This document shows, in pieces, positions 26,651-27,624 of a DNA stretch of 27,624 bases. The position numbers were made by a program, and so were the translations under genes. Origin of the DNA: Candidatus Aenigmatarchaeota archaeon (GTDB lineage Archaea > Aenigmatarchaeota > Aenigmatarchaeia > CG10238-14 > SpSt-28); assembly GCA_039000985.1 (NCBI GenBank), contig JAWBMD010000013.1:1-27624 (forward strand), given 5' to 3'. Within the stretch, counting starts at the first letter, position 1, and the number at the start of each line of letters is the position of its first letter. The notes beneath the pieces were generated by a model. The model did no database searches and was not told where the DNA came from. It worked only from the letters and a program-made list of their open reading frames with translations.

Positions 26651-27570
26651 GCTTAGAAAAAAGTTTATTTGAGTTGGATTATTGGTATGTGGATATTAGT
26701 AGTAAAAAAATAAAAATTCCCGGAACTGTTATTTTGGAAAACAAAAATAAGAAAGAATTTTATGAGTTAAATGATTTAGAAATAAATGAGCTTTCTAAAG
26801 CACTTGTATATTCTGCAAATAAGATTAAGGATGGTTATTTTAAAGAAAAAGAAGAATCCTACAATCTAATTATAACTAATAATCCATACAAAGAAAAAAG
26901 ATATTTTGTACCATTTAGAAAACCTAGCACATATAAAGTTCCAAGTGATGGTTGTTTATTTTGTTATTTAGCTAAATTGGGAAAACCTAGTAGATATAAT
27001 TATCCAGATGATATTTATTCCTATGTTTTAGATTATTTTGATGATTTTTTTGTTATTTTAAATGTATTTCCATATTCTTTTGGGAATGTTATGATTATTC
27101 CAAATGAGCATAAAAGAAGCATTTCTGAAATTGGTTATGAAAATACTTATAAAATGTTGAAAATTGCAAAGGAATGGTTATTAAAGATTAACAATTTATT
27201 CTATAAAAAAGGAAAACCAATTTATGTTGTTTATGCAAATGTCGGACAAAATTCAGGAAGAAGCATAGAGCATTTTCATTTGCAAATAACAATTTTTAGT
27301 AAAAAGCAATTTGAAAATTTTAATTTTGATTGGATTTTTAATGATAGAACAGCTTTTCTTGATAAAATGTTTGAAGTAATAATGCAGAACAAAAATGATT
27401 TCAAAATATTATATGGAATGAATTTTTTAGAAAGCAGAAAGAGCTATGTAAAAGCTATTTTAGTTCCAAGATATAGGCAAATAGCTGGATTAGAATTAGC
27501 TGAATTATACCCATTTAATGAGGAAATAGAGGAAACAGTTAAAAAGTTTAAGAGTTTTGTAAACTTATAG
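26647..27570 (+). CDS. HIT-superfamily nucleotidyl transferase/phosphorylase-like protein (HxHxQ type)
   Basis: CLFC, LNVFPYSFGNVMIIP..H, NVG..SGRSIEHFHLQ, C-terminal VPR...IAGLEL; ATGA overlap with rps8e. Confidence 0.8.
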   Translation: MSLEKSLFELDYWYVDISSKKIKIPGTVILENKNKKEFYELNDLEINELSKALVYSANKIKDGYFKEKEESYNLIITNNPYKEKRYFVPFRKPSTYKVPSDGCLFCYLAKLGKPSRYNYPDDIYSYVLDYFDDFFVILNVFPYSFGNVMIIPNEHKRSISEIGYENTYKMLKIAKEWLLKINNLFYKKGKPIYVVYANVGQNSGRSIEHFHLQITIFSKKQFENFNFDWIFNDRTAFLDKMFEVIMQNKNDFKILYGMNFLESRKSYVKAILVPRYRQIAGLELAELYPFNEEIEETVKKFKSFVNL

Positions 27571-27624
27571 TTTATTTGGGTTTGTTTCTTGAGCATATTT
27601 AAATTAAAAAAAAAACAATTATAT

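Overview
Very AT-rich, extremely compact archaeal chromosome segment, most consistent with a DPANN lineage. This is an inference from archaeal-type ThrRS, FEN1, ATP-dependent ligase, rpS8e, a BHB-intron tRNA, tiny intergenic gaps and DPANN-style surface proteins. Housekeeping content: Hel308 C-terminal fragment, CutA, ThrRS, metallophosphoesterase, tRNA-Gln(TTG) with intron, ROK sugar kinase, ADP-forming acetyl-CoA synthetase alpha/beta, MBL hydrolase, a large surface subtilase, FEN1, tRNA-Val(GAC), DNA ligase, rpS8e and a HIT/GalT-like protein. The best candidate for an undescribed system is a ~13 kb mirror-symmetric type IV pilus-like surface locus (3475-16342). Two convergent operons carry an Ig-repeat protein, an ArlJ/TadC-like platform and seven pilin-like proteins, two of which have very Cys-rich domains. 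The operons meet at a tail-to-tail pair of paralogous 18-Cys repeat membrane proteins and are bracketed by two paralogous outward-facing lipoproteins. No assembly ATPase or prepilin peptidase is in the window. Second oddity: ORF 1-570 is a chimera of a compositionally foreign, phage-adaptor-like N-terminus and the Hel308 C-terminus. All calls are by-eye motif recognition; no searches were run.
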